The notes under the pieces are model-generated. The model had not been told where the DNA came from and searched no databases. It was given only the letters and a program-made list of their open reading frames with translations. A DNA stretch of 64,000 nt. Origin: Epiperipatus broadwayi. Its lineage: Eukaryota > Animalia > Onychophora. Of the stretch, positions 1 through 13,160 are shown in pieces. Position 1 is the first letter of the stretch; every line of letters starts with the position of its first letter. The stretch covers positions 6,572,001 through 6,636,000 of the forward strand of contig JAQFVV010000006.1 of the NCBI GenBank assembly GCA_028023455.1. Direction: 5' to 3'. The translations under genes were made by a program, and so were the position numbers.

Positions 1-1
1 C

Positions 2-190
2 GACAGCACAATACCATACTGTCAGGAATGCACATCTGAACAGCATAATAGAGAAGAAATTGTCTCTCATCCAGTACAGGAATGTTACATCTGTCTGGCA
101 AGAAAAACAATAAAAAAAGAAAACTCCATAGGAAGGGATTGCGGTCCTTTTTGCCAACTTACAATCCCATTCCATAGGCAAAGGGGGTGA
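2..190 (+). mobile_element. Probable 3' end of a LINE ORF2 (CCHC zinc-knuckle-like), 5'-truncated by the window edge
   Basis: Frame 2 reads DSTIPYCQECTSEQHNREEIVSHPVQECYIC...RQRG*, resembling the CxxC...E...H...EC motif at LINE C-termini (compare 5600-5700). Pattern similarity only. Confidence 0.3.
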
Positions 191-1162
191 TGTCAAATAG
201 AAATGGGTGATGTGATCCTACACATAGCAGATCTTCATGCTATATTTACTAATTACACTGATACATCCAATCCACTGACACAATTTAACTGCAAAACAAA
301 TAACGATATTTCATTTCTTTTTTTTTTAGCACCGCTGAAGGGATTGAAAGTGTGTCTTTCAATCCCTTCTCCTCCAACTCTCTCCGACTTAACACATATA
401 GCACATCTAATATTTTATTTCCATTTTTTTCTTTTTATATTAAATTTGTGGATTAACTCAACATTACATCATGATGATGATGATGAGTCTTTCACTGAGG
501 TCTATTTTCTGAGGGATTTCTTTTATTGGCTATTCTGTTCCTATTGTTTTTCTCTCCTATCTGACCTTTAATTATAAATTTTGAGATGCCCAAGGGCTTG
601 TTTGACTAATTGAAAATAATCATTTCCATTTTACACAATAGCATTAATTAAATTATATACATTCTTAAAGATATATTTTTATCTTTAAATCTTTAAGTTT
701 TTTTTCTGAAAATTTAGTTTTAAAATACTTTTTTTTTCTTTAATAAAGTTTTCTTTCAATAATTTTTCCATCTGTGCGATTTTATTTATATAGGAGTTTA
801 GATGACTTTTAATTTTTAAAAACAAATTTTTATTTGCAAAACTTTATTTTTAATTTTATTTATTAGCATGTAACAGCATGTGTGCCCGTTACTATATTTA
901 AAATCATATCTCAATGGTATTCAACCTACAATATAATATATTGTGTATTATAAATAATAAATGGATGATTATTTTCAGAGGCATCTAATATGATTTACAT
1001 TATCTACTAATAAGAGATCTTGCAACAGTACTTCATATTTTTATATTCTGCTAAGATAGCATATTTTCTTTAGTGTAACATCTAATAAACATATTTCTTA
1101 TAATACTTCTTTCATATACACTTCAATGCAAACAAACTTTCTTAATAAAACTTCTTTATTTT

Positions 1163-1200
1163 CCTTACAGTTTCGACTGTCCAGCAGTCTTCATCAGAGC
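1163..1200 (-). ncRNA. Minimal hammerhead ribozyme, family A
   Basis: Minus strand GCU-CUGAUGA-A-GACUG-CUGGA-CAGUC-GAAAC-U-GUA-AGG. Intact core, 5-bp stem II, ACUGU pseudo-palindromic stem III, short stem I. Confidence 0.7.
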
Positions 1201-1568
1201 TTTAGTCATCCTCCACTGCTTTAATTAAACATATTCTTATCAAGCAATTAATGCCTACCATGGATTATTAAATCCTATTCAGAAATTTATTTATGTTTAT
1301 TTCAATTATTTATGTTAGTTTGTTTATTTTAGGATTAATGGTATCAACAAAATATAATTAAGAGAAATAATTACCATGATTCCAAATTACAATCTCATTG
1401 GTTTATGCAGATATGAATAACTAAGAGATTTTTGATTCATTGGTCTGATTAAATCGCAATAAATTAAAACATTTATTGATATCTTTAATTAAAGTGTCGT
1501 TACACACATGCATATATATTTTCTCTTAAATATATGTCTTTTTTTTACACAGCCAAGTGTTCAAACAT

Positions 1569-1950
1569 CTTGCCTAATAGGATAGTGATGGTTATGGTTG
1601 TTAAAAAGCCAAAGACACCAAACTATATGGGTACTGAACTGAGTTCAGACTCATATGATTATATAAACTATTGGGCTTAGATTGAAAATATTATTGTGTT
1701 TTCAATTTGATTCTCATGGTTTTGTAGTTAAGTAGAGATAAAAGGTGGCTGCTGGAGGGTTGCATCATATCCTAAGTTCTAGGTGCAGTGTTCTCAGACT
1801 CATGGCTCCTCACTGACGAAGGCCACAAGCCAGAAACTAGTCTGGGAATATTGGATGAGTAGGCACTAGATAGGAATTTTATGCACAAGCCTTCTGGCAT
1901 CCATTGATTACTCTGGCTTGCACTGAGTGGCGCTGTCTGTTTAACAACAT
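1569..1950 (+). mobile_element. Family B HHR-bearing non-coding repeat (retrozyme/PLE-derived)
   Basis: Matches 14485-14850 directly and 45295-45680 in reverse complement; contains an HHR at 1807-1847. Confidence 0.75.
1807..1847 (+). ncRNA. Minimal hammerhead ribozyme, family B
   Basis: UCCUCA-CUGACGA-A-GGC-CACAA-GCC-A-GAAAC-UA-GUC-UGGGA. Stem I UCCUCA/UGGGA, palindromic stem III ACUAGU, GUC cleavage triplet. Confidence 0.75.
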
Positions 1951-4900
1951 AAGAAGTTTGTTTATTATGTTTTATATATATATCTGTAGTTTGTTTATGA
2001 ATTGTAAACATATTATTATTATTATTATTAATTTTATATATTGCTAAATTAGAAATTGATTATCTAATCAGATAAATCATATACTTGTAAATAGTATTCA
2101 CGAAGCATAAATTACTCAGTATCAGAGCATTGTCTTGTACTTTTCTATATTTTAAGAACTAGCACTTATCACCAAGTAATTTCTTTAAATAATGTATTGG
2201 TATAAGCAAGGAAATTTGGATAAGACATATAAAGTCTCTTATTCTATGTAGGTTAATTTTATGCTCGGTTAACTTATTAACTTTATTTCAATAGGGTCTC
2301 TAGCTCATACGCAACCCAATCCATATAGATGCACTTCATATGGGTACAATATAAATATACAAACTAACTAGAGGAAAAATAAAAACAATAAAAAATATAA
2401 AAGCTTTTTTATAGAAGTAATTCTGTGTTTTTATTATATATATACTCAGTCTTACTTATTGCTTAAGATTTTTCAGTAATAAATATGCTAAAAAACATTT
2501 TTCTTTCAGAATCATGTTCCAACTGAATACCCACATTAAATCACCTAATCAACAATTCTAAGGACAAACTACCTGAATAAATTCCCCAATCCATATATAA
2601 GATTTCCTGCATCAAGCCAATTGCAACATGGTTTACTTCAGATAATCTTGCACCAACCTGTTAAACAGACACTCTCTCAACACCAATATGTATATAAAAG
2701 AATCAAAAACAATTCCAACCACAAATATATATTTCTGAATCATGAAAACCAGCTTGGCTATGCATTTGAATCCACATAGTCATATGCTTAAAAAGAAATG
2801 ATGTAAAGCGCAAAGCAAAGAAAGCCTGGCATGTTACAAATGCCATCAACAAAAATGAATTCTGCTTTCCCCTCTCTAAAAAGTGGGCCATGTAGACCAA
2901 CTCATTTACATATAATTTACATACAATTTACATAGCATTTATACTTCTTATTTAGATTTACAGATGTATTGCTATGATTATATCACTTACAAAATACTGA
3001 AGGCATGCTTAGCTTACATTAAGTGGGAGTTTGTATATTTCACAACCAAGTAAACAATTTTCAAGCTTTTCTTAACTTGAACTTCCAAGCACATATACCT
3101 AATATTTTCTATTGTGAATAAGATGTAGAATTCCTATAACTTATTCCTACAACTCAATTACAAGTGCCAAATGGTTTGCACACACACACATTTGACACCA
3201 ACCTCTTTAGTTGAATGAGATTATCATATTATTTTTATCTCTAATATAAACTTAAATTTAAGTAAAGATGAATAAATATACCCTTATTATCAATACAATA
3301 TCACGGTATCTTTATTATTGATGAGTGTACAATAAAATATAGATCTACATTTAGAACATTCCACCCTTATTATTAAATGGAGGTTGCCTTGACAACAGTT
3401 TGAATTTGTTGTATGTTGTTGATATTGGGATTGTCTAAGTGTTGACTGGTTTTTAATGATTATATATATATATATTGAATATTGGGGGATGGGGGTGAAA
3501 TCAAATAGCATAGATATAAGGATTTAACTGGTATATACCCTTCTACTTATAATATTTGTTTTTATACTGACAGACTTTTTATTTTAATGAAACTATATCA
3601 ATCTTTTCCATTAATACAAACTTTATTCCATTAAAAATAAATGGTGCATTTTGAGAAGAAAAACTGAAATTAATGAGTTAGTGAAATTTACTTTTCATTC
3701 TAAAACAGTTATCAAAAATCTTTAAAAGTTTGATATAGCAAACATCAATATTTTACTGATGTTATTTCTCCTTTAGTAATCAATAAATTAATTTTGAATT
3801 TAAGAAAAAAAATATTGATGGTATAAGAATTACAGGATCACTGAAGCGGTTAAAAAGTTAATACGCTACAATAAACCTATTATGTTTTCTGTATTCCTTA
3901 ATATTAAAGTTTTAGACATGCCGACAGGAGTGCAAATAAGTTGCCAATAAAACAAAAATTATAAATAAAAAATATTAAAACAGTAGAGCAAAGGATATCT
4001 AAATATGTGTGTTTTAATCTTATTCGGCTGTTTTTATATGTAGTAATCTACAAGTTTACTTTATCAAATGGAATACTAAATCTAATTTACAAAGTAATAT
4101 TTCATGTAATCAAGAAATAACCGAGTCGTAAATTGCTCAGGAGGTCATGTGATATGCGGCACCACAAGCTACAATTCTTGGATCAAACATCAACCTCTAA
4201 TTTCAGCTGCTCGACTAGAACCCTTCGATTATTTCCAAATAATTCAAAATCTATTAAAAGATAAAGGACATCAATACTAGCTCAAATAGGTCTAATGAAT
4301 CAACATGGCCCATTTCAGGAATTATACCTTTAAAAACAACCAAATGATGATTCTTATGTTTTGAGATCCATTGTCTTAATAAAATTAATGATGTGAAGGT
4401 GATTATAGTCATCTAACTAACCATCCAAAGTTGGTCGGTAAATGGGTATTTACTATTCATAATTAGAGAATTAAACAAAGATGGACTATAATCACTGTTC
4501 TTCTTTGGAATAATGGAAAGACTTTTTTGTTCTGTATTGGATTATTTAAAAACTTATCTTTATTTTCATACATTTCAAAAATAATGTGTTAAAAGGCAAT
4601 CCGAAAAATAACATTTATAAAATCATCATAAAAGACCAGCCAGTTACTATTGATGAGGCAAAAGAGTACCTGCTGTCTTTATAAGCATCTTGCTAGACAA
4701 GAAGCTTCCTCACTATAGTATATAACATTGCCAAACAGTGAACAACGCTAAATGGATAGTGAATAGATTGCATATCACAGGATCTACACTTTATAAAAAC
4801 TTTAAGCCTTTTGAAACCAAGATTGATCCAGATTCAAACTCAGATTATAAGCATGGCATGCGGATGGACTACTGCTGCATTCATACAGACCTTGTGCAAA

Positions 4901-5384
4901 CCATGAGCATACTATACTTAATTCTAAAATAGAATAACTCTATTTGCATCTTTGCTATAAATTTTTAACCTTATTAATCCTATTAAATACTTATGCTTAT
5001 TCACTCTTTTATCACATAATATAATTTATGTAATGAATACATAAATTTATAAAAATAATAGAAGGGATAATAGTCATTATATAGCCCAATGCAGGGTGAA
5101 AACCTTTTTAACAGATCCCCCATATGGAAAAAATAAAAAAAATCATCATTCACAGCATGCCAATTTCAGATTGGTGAAGGATCATTAGCTTTGAAAAGAT
5201 AGATAGCCATTAACTATCCAGTTAGCTGCCCTACTGCTTGCTACTCAATAGAGACATCCTATGCCTGATTGAAAACTGAAAACGTAAGTTTTACTCATCA
5301 CTCCCCCTAATGAGCTTTTCAAGATGTTTCTTCTATACAATCACATGACCAATTACCCTAATAATGCTGTAAGATAATTGGTAA

Positions 5385-5965
5385 GGTAATGGGATAAAAG
5401 AGTAAATGCATTAATAAAGAATAGGGAGTTGGAGAGATGGAGAACTAGTATAAAGAGTAAAAAGAGTTTAAATATATATAGAAGTAAATGGAATATTGGC
5501 TGCAAGTTAATTTATGATAATAGCAAGGAAAGTAGTTTATTGTTTAAGGCTCGAACGAGATCTTTAGCAACAAGTGAATATAATGTAAACAAAAAAATAT
5601 GGGTGATTTAGTTTGCAAATTGTGTAAGGAAAACCTAGAAAATATTAGGCACCTGTTAACTGAATGTAAATGCTTGAAAGCAGAAAGGGTACAAATAATG
5701 AAGTTATGGAAGAATAAATATGAACAAAGTGATTATACAGAAAGTGGGTTATTGATTTTTATGCTGGGTTTGGGAAAAGATAAGGGATAAAGACCAGAGT
5801 TGACAAAGATTATGTTGTGGAAATGGGATGGAGCAGATTATGGGAAAACTTAGGGTGGGGAATGGAAAAGGAAGGTAAAGTGGCTAACAGGTTTCTCTGG
5901 GCATAATTTCTGAAAGATTACTGACTCCACTTAAGGAGAAGTCACAGTGCATCACATCACATCAC
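5385..5965 (+). mobile_element. LINE 3' fragment with C-terminal CCHC domain and (CATCA)n tail
   Basis: Frameshifted ERWRTSIKSKKSLNIYR...YDNSKESSLLFKAR...CKLCKENLENIRHLLTEC, followed by a 3' hairpin and catcacatcacatcac. Confidence 0.7.
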
Positions 5966-6269
5966 GTGGTAGTGTAAAAAGAAACATCTTGAAAAGGTTC
6001 CATTAAAGAATGAAATTCAGATTGATGTATTAAATAGTATTATTATTTATAGTGAGTTGTCTATTTCAATTTTGCTTTATATTGATTATTTTTAATTTTA
6101 TATATATAATATTTATAATTCTGTAGACATTTTACATAAAGTGTTTGCCTAAAAGTTTGTGGTGATAATGTTTTAGCAGTAATTATATGCTGGAATATGT
6201 TCGTCATTTAATATTTATTGTTAAATGTCATTATGAAAGATTCAAATTTCCAATTTCAATTATATTTAG

Positions 6270-6575
6270 CTATTTGTAATAGCACACGGGTTAGTAAACA
6301 CACAACATTTCAAATGGTATTATCTTCCTCTCTTCTTCAGGTGTTTCTGGCCTGACCAATGACAATAAAGCATGACAATTGAACCTGTACCTTTAAATTT
6401 ATATTTGATTTCCATTGGTCAGATGAGTAATAACTAAAAATGAATACTACCATATGAAACATTGTGCATATAGTAACTTGTATGCCATGACTAACAGTTG
6501 AATGTATTTGTAAAGTTTAAATCAAGTTAGGAATTTTTCTAAAGACATTTGACAATTAATAATAGATGAAAAGTC
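6270..6575. mobile_element. Family S SINE fragments in inverted arrangement
   Basis: 6285-6420 is the reverse complement of the S HHR region (ctgaagaagagaggaagataataccatttgaaatgttgtg); 6460-6575 is a forward S tail. Confidence 0.6.
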
Positions 6576-6599
6576 TCAGCACCATTTTCATTCTGATGA

Positions 6600-7110
6600 G
6601 CTGCAGCGCCCCCTTGACAAATTGGTTTTGAGTAGTGCAGATTTGTGCTCGTTACTTGTTAGCTTTTCCCTAGTTGGCATTCCAATTTTGAGCAGGTAGA
6701 CCGAATGTGGTCTCTGCCCATTTGGACTGTTGAATTGGGTAATAGAGGTACCTGCAATGGGCTCAGCATGGCTCGACTGTGGGTCAAGGATTTAATGTTT
6801 AATGGCCTTGGTGCCTTGGATCTTGTTGCCTATTGTGGTAGTTGGCACACTGCTGGATGTCTGCCTATTCAGATGAAGCATTTGGATTATCACTTTGGGG
6901 TTCCAGGGATTGAGATCATTGGGTAATGGATGACTTCTTGGTGGCTGAACCATGTAGACCCATGAACGGTTACACTTTAAACAAGATTATAGCAACCCTT
7001 TTATAGCTATAATTGTTATTGAGGATATGTCCCTTTTGTAAATCTGGTTAATGATTGTTTTACCTTTGTAACATTGAACGCTTTGTAATCGTCAATGGGT
7101 AAGTAGACCC
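6600..7110 (-). mobile_element. Possible decayed LTR-retrotransposon 3' end (integrase C-terminus plus PPT-like purine run)
   Basis: Higher-GC block with a nearly open minus frame (WVYL...RFTKGTY) ending at aagggggcgc-TG. Weak motif resemblance only. Confidence 0.2.
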
Positions 7111-7189
7111 AAAAATTTTATGTAATCTTTTAACTAATAAAGGTTACTTTTGAAAATAATAATAGATGATGGAAATAGTCCAACATATA

Positions 7190-7440
7190 ATTACTATTTT
7201 ATGCAAATCTGCATAGGTTTATTCATTTGCATAACAAAGTGATTTCTATCTACTTTATGACTAAAATTCAGTGCACTTTTGGTGAAGTTCGCTATAATCA
7301 CAACTCTCTTAAATTAATTATTATCGCAGCTTTATTTATACTGTATTATGATTAAGCATTCATTTTTATTTAAATTAGTTCATTTAAATATTCCATTAGT
7401 TAGATAATTGGATACTGTTTTCTACAAATGAGGGGGAGGG
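7190..7440 (+). mobile_element. Dispersed non-coding repeat (MITE-like), family G
   Basis: Shares aaagtgatttct...gtgcacttttggtgaagttc...ctctcttaaattaattatta...atttaaattagttcatttaaatattccatt with 40115-40400; partial or reverse copies at 21290-21360 and 40800-40985. Confidence 0.55.
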
Positions 7441-9770
7441 GAATCAAAATTATTATTTTATATTAAGTGATTGTAATTAGAGAGGATTTGAATCCAAACT
7501 GCCAATCTCCATTCAGTCGTCCACTGTAAGAATGACTGAAGGAAATTTCAAAGACTGGGTTCAAATCCTTTCTAATTACATCTAGCTTAAGTATATGTAC
7601 TATAATTGCACTTAAATATTATAAAGTGTTTGTGTATATACAATCACTAAATATATATATAATCAAAATAGACTTTATTTAACTTATAACTTGGAATTTA
7701 TTAGAATTTTTAAAGATTACTTATCTAAAATAGATTTGAAAGGCTTCTAAGACTTTTGCATATAAATAAAAATCCATGACTGAAATATTGTTGTACTACA
7801 GTTTAATTTTATGAAGCCACCAAATATTAGAATGAATAAATATAATAAAATCAAAATTATGAATATTTTAAATATATAATAAATATTACTTCAATTTTTT
7901 TTTTTTGGAAACACATACTTTAAAACAAGATTATATAAAAAAGAAACTGCTTTAGAATATAAAAAAAAATGTTATTATAAAGAATAAATAGTCGAATGGT
8001 TAGATTGTCTGAGAGTTCAAAAGAAGTTTTTAAGTACCAGAATTTGAATAAATTTGAGGATCTTATGCTCATAAATCTGTCACACTACCACTGTACTAAA
8101 CCATGCAGAGAAATAAATTGCTAAAATCAATCAACAAATAAAAATATACATATTATTTTCCAATAAGCAATAACTGTCAAAAGACCTATGAAAATTTTTT
8201 GTCAAAGAAGGTAAAATAGATTGTGAGATACAAGCGTAATATAAATGAGATTTTAAAATAAATTTAACTGATTTATTACTCAAGAGTTCATACAAAGTTC
8301 AAATTGGCAATAATGAACCAGAAACTGAGATTCATGAAACTTACACTTCATGCAGGTAAATGTCAAAAGATTATTTCAAACCCAAAGTTTCAGAAATTTG
8401 AACATTTTTTCTGAGAAAGTTTCTATCCTGGCCTTTTTAGAAATGTCTTAATCTACAATAGTTGCTATATTGCAATATACAAATGTACAGACTACAAGTG
8501 GTGTCTCATACTATTTCTAAAAAGAATATTTGTTTTATATAAATATTTCAATTTTGATTTTTTTTTGTTATAAGCATTATTTACAATAAATATTAAAATA
8601 TTTGTATAAAAAGTCTAAAAAATATAGCCATAAAATCACAAAAATTGAGAAATAAAATTATTTTTATTTAACTGGATTCAGTTGATTGATTTCTTACAAT
8701 AAGTTATTATAATAAAATAAATTTGCTTTTTATTATTGTAATCATTAGTTACAATTAGTTTTGTAATATTTATCTTGAAAGGTAAAAAAAAAATAGTGAT
8801 CATTTGTAAAACACAAAGAAAATTTACAGTTGATTAGATTACAAGTGATATGAAATACTGCTAAATCTGAAAATAGAGGGGGGGGGGTAAATTATACTGT
8901 ATGAGCTAAATTCAAACTAATTTATATTTTTGCAAAAATAAAACATACATAGAAAAGAACTGAGATGAACACCTGTTCAATTAAAAAATATATATAAAAT
9001 GAAGGTGTTTGAAATAGTATGTGATACCATTTGTAACTATTGTGAGTTAATCATGTCTCAAAATAACTCATTCATAATGTCCATGAAAATTTATTTCAAA
9101 ATAAAAATGCCTTAGAATCTATGAACATCAAAATCCACCTTCACTTTTTTATTTTTTTAGTACAGGTAGACTGCTATTATTCTGAATACCATTAATTTAC
9201 ATTTTTTTGTGAGCACTTTTAAATCATCCAAAAAGGTGATACAAAAATATGCTCAAGAAACTATACGATACTTTATAGTTAAATTGTTAAAAAAATCAGT
9301 CACAATATATTTATTTATATGCCATATGAATACTCTTAATTTCTGTTTTTTATGGAAAAGTTTAATTTATTTGGAAGCCATGGGAATAATATATATTAAC
9401 AGTAATCAAATCATTTATTACTATGGAAGTTATATTATGCTCTAGTAATAAACTCAAACTGTGATTTGGGGATCTTTAACTCTTAAATGCAATACTCAAT
9501 CACAGGACTGAACCAGACAAAAATCCAAGGCTGTAATATGTATTGGTTTACAGCTGTGTTTGAACATCAAGAAATAAAACATTTGCAATTCTAAACTAAG
9601 TATATTTTTAAATAAAATGGGAGACACAAGAAAACAATAGGGCGACAATTTTAACATTCCTTATGTCACTGTAAATTGATGTAGCAAAATATATACTCAG
9701 AAGACACTTCCCTTTTTATTAAAAAAGTTGAACTGTTCAAAAATCATGTCAGTTTATTTATTAGTGATTT

Positions 9771-10430
9771 AAACCTATTATTATAAAGCGCTGAAAACTT
9801 TGAAATTATTCAAACGGAGATCAATCTCCAATAATGTGCTATTTCTTAAATATTATAAATCTCCATGCCCTCTCCTGCCAGTAAGAATTTAAAAAACTTA
9901 AGTAAATAGCTTAAGTTTAGAGTGTACATTCTATATACACCAATTCTTAAGATCATGCTTAAATCAGGGTTTGAGTCTATTGTGTACCTGATGTTATAAT
10001 CAAATATTCAATTCTACAAATCTATTTAACCCATCACAGGAGAAAGACAGTGTCTCATTTTTAACCACCTAAGATTAGACAAACATGACTTATAAATGTA
10101 AACCTATTATTATAAAGCACTGAAAACTTTGAAATCTTTCAAACGGAAGTCAATCTTTGATAATGTGCTATTTCTTAAATATTATAAATCTCCATGCATT
10201 GAGTTAAATAGATTAGTAGAATTGTATATTTGATTATAACATCATGCACACAATAGACTCAATCCCTGATTTAAGCATGGTCTGTAAGAGTTGGTGTATA
10301 TAGAATGTATGCTCTAAACATAAGTGATTCACTTACGTTTTTTAAATTCGTGCTAGTGGGAGAATGCGCGGAGATTTATATTTAAGAAATAAAGCATTAT
10401 CAGAGATTGACTTCCATTTGAATAATTTAT
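9771..10430. mobile_element. Family H element (Helitron/HINE-like non-autonomous?) with direct and inverted internal duplication
   Basis: aacctattattataaagc(g/a)ctgaaaactttgaaat occurs at about 9772 and 10100; 10200-10430 is an inverted copy of 9800-10032; a related copy lies at 53875-54030. The superfamily call is inferred from the 5' motif only. Confidence 0.4.
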
Positions 10431-10859
10431 TACTGATTTATAACTGTGTATAAAATATAAAAGACATCTGCAATTCCTCATGAAGCATTTTTTTGCAAAA
10501 TATTGTCAGAAAAATGCCCCTGAAGTAGACATTTTAAAAATAGAACACAGTTGTTGAAACAACAAAGGCACAAATTATATTTTAAAAAAATATAACTAAT
10601 AAATTAGCAACAAATATAAGAATACTTTTAAAACATTTTAAGGCATCATTTATGTAACAAGCAAAAATATGATGACTTTTAGATTACAGTAACATATTTT
10701 TGCCTCATATCAAAATAACATTTCTTCATGTGATAACATGTTGAACAATTTTCTATTATCTATCACTAAAGGATTCAAACTCAGACTTTCACATGACCCT
10801 CAACTCTCCATGCCATCTCATTTTGCTGACCCACCTGATCACACACATGTTGCTATCAC

Positions 10860-11360
10860 TAAGTGTTGAACATCTAAAAAAAAATTAAATTTTATTTCAA
10901 CTCTTCCCAATACAAACAGCTGTTAGTAATAACCCATAAATAGACAACATGCATTAGTAGATTGCAAAACATCTCAAGCGGTATTGTTCTCTGATCTTCT
11001 TCAGGTATTTCTGGTCTGACCAGTAGTAGTAGTACTAGCATAGAAGTAGAACTGATACCTTTAGATTCTCAAATATTGAATTTTAAGGTAACACTCTAAC
11101 CAACTGAGCTAATCTGTCAGTTGGTTAGAGGATTGCTGTAAAATTTTATATTCAGGAATCTAAAGGTGTAAGTTTGATGCTAGTATTGTCACTCACTGAT
11201 CAGGCGGGCAACACCTGAACAAGGACAATACCCAAAACATTGTGTAACCTATTAACTTGTGTTGTCTTATTACTAATAGTTGTATTTGGAAAAATTTAAA
11301 TGAAGTTTAACATTTTCTAAACATCCAACATAGAAATAGTTCAACATATTATCACATCTA
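10860..11360. mobile_element. Family S SINE foldback pair
   Basis: Minus copy 10920-11120 (ccaactgagctaatctgtc head, cttcttcagg HHR) is followed by a plus copy 11117-11350. Confidence 0.65.
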
Positions 11361-11967
11361 AAATACTATTATCACAAATCTTCAGGAAAACACTGTTTCA
11401 TGATCAAATAAATATAGGTAATAAATTTAAATTTATTTCAAGTTCTTTTATGTGGTATTCATTAATAAATTATATTTAATTTATGGCAGTATACTTTTTT
11501 TAATTTTAGTATTATAAGCGCAGATATGGTATTCGAGCAACTCTGTTTATTTTTGATGAAAAGATTTACTTAGAAGTTTCAAAACTATAATTTTAAACAG
11601 AAGGCAATCAACTCTTTACACGTGTGCTGTACTGTTATATTAAATCAACATTGTTTTGTTGAATTTGAGGAAAGTTTCGATCCAGAAGTACTTATGTATT
11701 AGTCTGGCAATATTTATTTTGAAAAATGACTATCTATAATTTTATTTACTGGAAATGATACAAACATTTACTAATCTGTATTTAGATTTCTTTCTTGTGA
11801 AAATTTATAAATATTTTTTTTTATTTTGAAAAATGGCTACCGATAACTTTAATGAAACATACAGGCATTTACATTTTTTTGCAAGAATTGATCTTCCAAC
11901 AAGTAAATTTTTAACAATATAAATTTATTACAAGTGGTAACCAAACAAAAAAAAAATGTATGTCAAA

Positions 11968-12038
11968 ACACTGACTGGGAAGCGAACCCCGGCCAGCTGC
12001 TTGGAAGACAGCTATGCCAACCACTAGGCCACCAACGC
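11968..12038 (-). pseudogene. tRNA-Gly(TCC)-derived pseudogene or SINE head
   Basis: Minus strand GCGTTGGTGGCCTAGTGGTTGGCATAGCTGTCTTCCAAGCAGCTGGCCGGGGTTCGCTTCCCAGTCAGTGT. Anticodon stem with loop CTTCCAA; acceptor stem mostly G-U wobbles; non-canonical T-loop TTCGCTT. Confidence 0.7.
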
Positions 12039-12289
12039 TTGACAAATGTACATATTTATACAATTCTGTCCATTTACAAAATTGTTTCTTAGCAACACTG
12101 CTGTGGATTAAACTTTCTTACCTCAAACCACATTCTGTTATGAATGGCTACTCTTTTGACAATCCTGAATGAATCATTACCATTATTTGGCTGTAAAATT
12201 AGCAGCCAGACCAACATTTTGGTTAATAACTTCTCACTAAAATATTATCTAATATTCACTTACAAAATTAATTCATTTCCTTTTTAAAA

Positions 12290-12530
12290 GATTCAAACTC
12301 AGACTTTCACATGATCCACAACTCTATATCCATATTTCGTGCTAAACCAGCACTCATCAGTTAATCCAGATTACCATCTCCACACATATATACTGGTTTA
12401 GCACGAAATACGTATATTGGTGATTATTTATTTTTTCAACATGTGTGTGATCAGGTGGGTCAGCGATATAAGATGGCCTTGAGAGTTGTGGATCATGCGA
12501 AAGTCTGAGTTTGAATACCACATATATAAA
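12290..12530. mobile_element. Family X HHR element, foldback copy
   Basis: Minus-strand intact core CUGAUGA-GUGC-UGGUUUA-GCAC-GAAA at 12332-12364; plus-strand half ribozyme gcacgaaatacgtatattgg at 12401-12420; inverted arms gattcaaactcagactttc / gaaagtctgagtttgaat. Confidence 0.7.
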
Positions 12531-12621
12531 TACACATATTAAGCCTGTATAATGTATTAACTTTTAAAAGATTGTAAATGTGTTTATTTCCTTCTTTATA
12601 TACACATTTATTTGGGCCAGT

Positions 12622-12738
12622 GACATTCATCTTCGCTAGACTAATATGTAAGTATCATCCAAGACATAAAATATGGATTTTGACATCATCGCTAGACTAA
12701 TATGTAAGTACCATCCAAGACATAAGATACAGATTTTG
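12622..12738 (+). repeat. Tandem duplication of about 58 bp
   Basis: gacat(t)catc(tt/at)cgctagactaatatgtaagta(t/c)catccaagacataa occurs twice. Confidence 0.8.
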
Positions 12739-12779
12739 AAAAGAGTGGCTATCTTATGTTTTTTTTTTCATGTGTCGTA

Positions 12780-12859
12780 GCATCAGCCAGGAAGCGAATC
12801 CGCTAATCCGGAACAATTATTTGTAAAGCGGCTGTCGCTGACCTCTCGACCACCAATGC
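12780..12859 (-). pseudogene. tRNA-Gly-related SINE/pseudogene copy 2
   Basis: Minus strand GCATTGG...GTCG-AGAGGTCAG-CGAC...GATTCGCTTCCTGG-CTGATGC. Acceptor and D stems can pair; upstream TCAA shared with copy 1. Confidence 0.5.
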
Positions 12860-13160
12860 TTGACTTTGGCTATCAACATTGATTTAATTTACAAGTACAG
12901 TGCATGTGTAAAGGGTTGAATACCTTTTGTTTATTTTTGCAAATTTTCTGAATAAAGCATTGAGAACAAAGAGTTTTAAATAACAAAAACAAACAGTACT
13001 GTCTAATTGGGAATAGTAAAACTATCTGCCATGCACCATAAGGGCCTTCCATTGCAGTATAAATATTAAACTAGTTGTTAATTATACGTAAAAAAAATTA
13101 GGAAAAAAAATACTAATAAATAAAAAGTAATAACCTGTATATATATATTTTTGTGTCGAA

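Noticed and set aside
203-571. 122-aa ORF
   Set aside because: Low-complexity F/L/I-rich translation running through poly-T and (GAT)n tracts; no recognisable domain.
4100-4950. Coding-like block including the 64-aa ORF at 4738
   Set aside because: Stops in all frames; at most a very old LINE C-terminal relic, too weak to annotate.
5290-5370. Repeat family F (also 5965-6030 reverse and 41235-41290) containing gaaacatcttgaa
   Set aside because: It resembles a PLE GAAACGUC half-site, but no matching CUGANGA and stem II were found, so it was not counted as an HHR.
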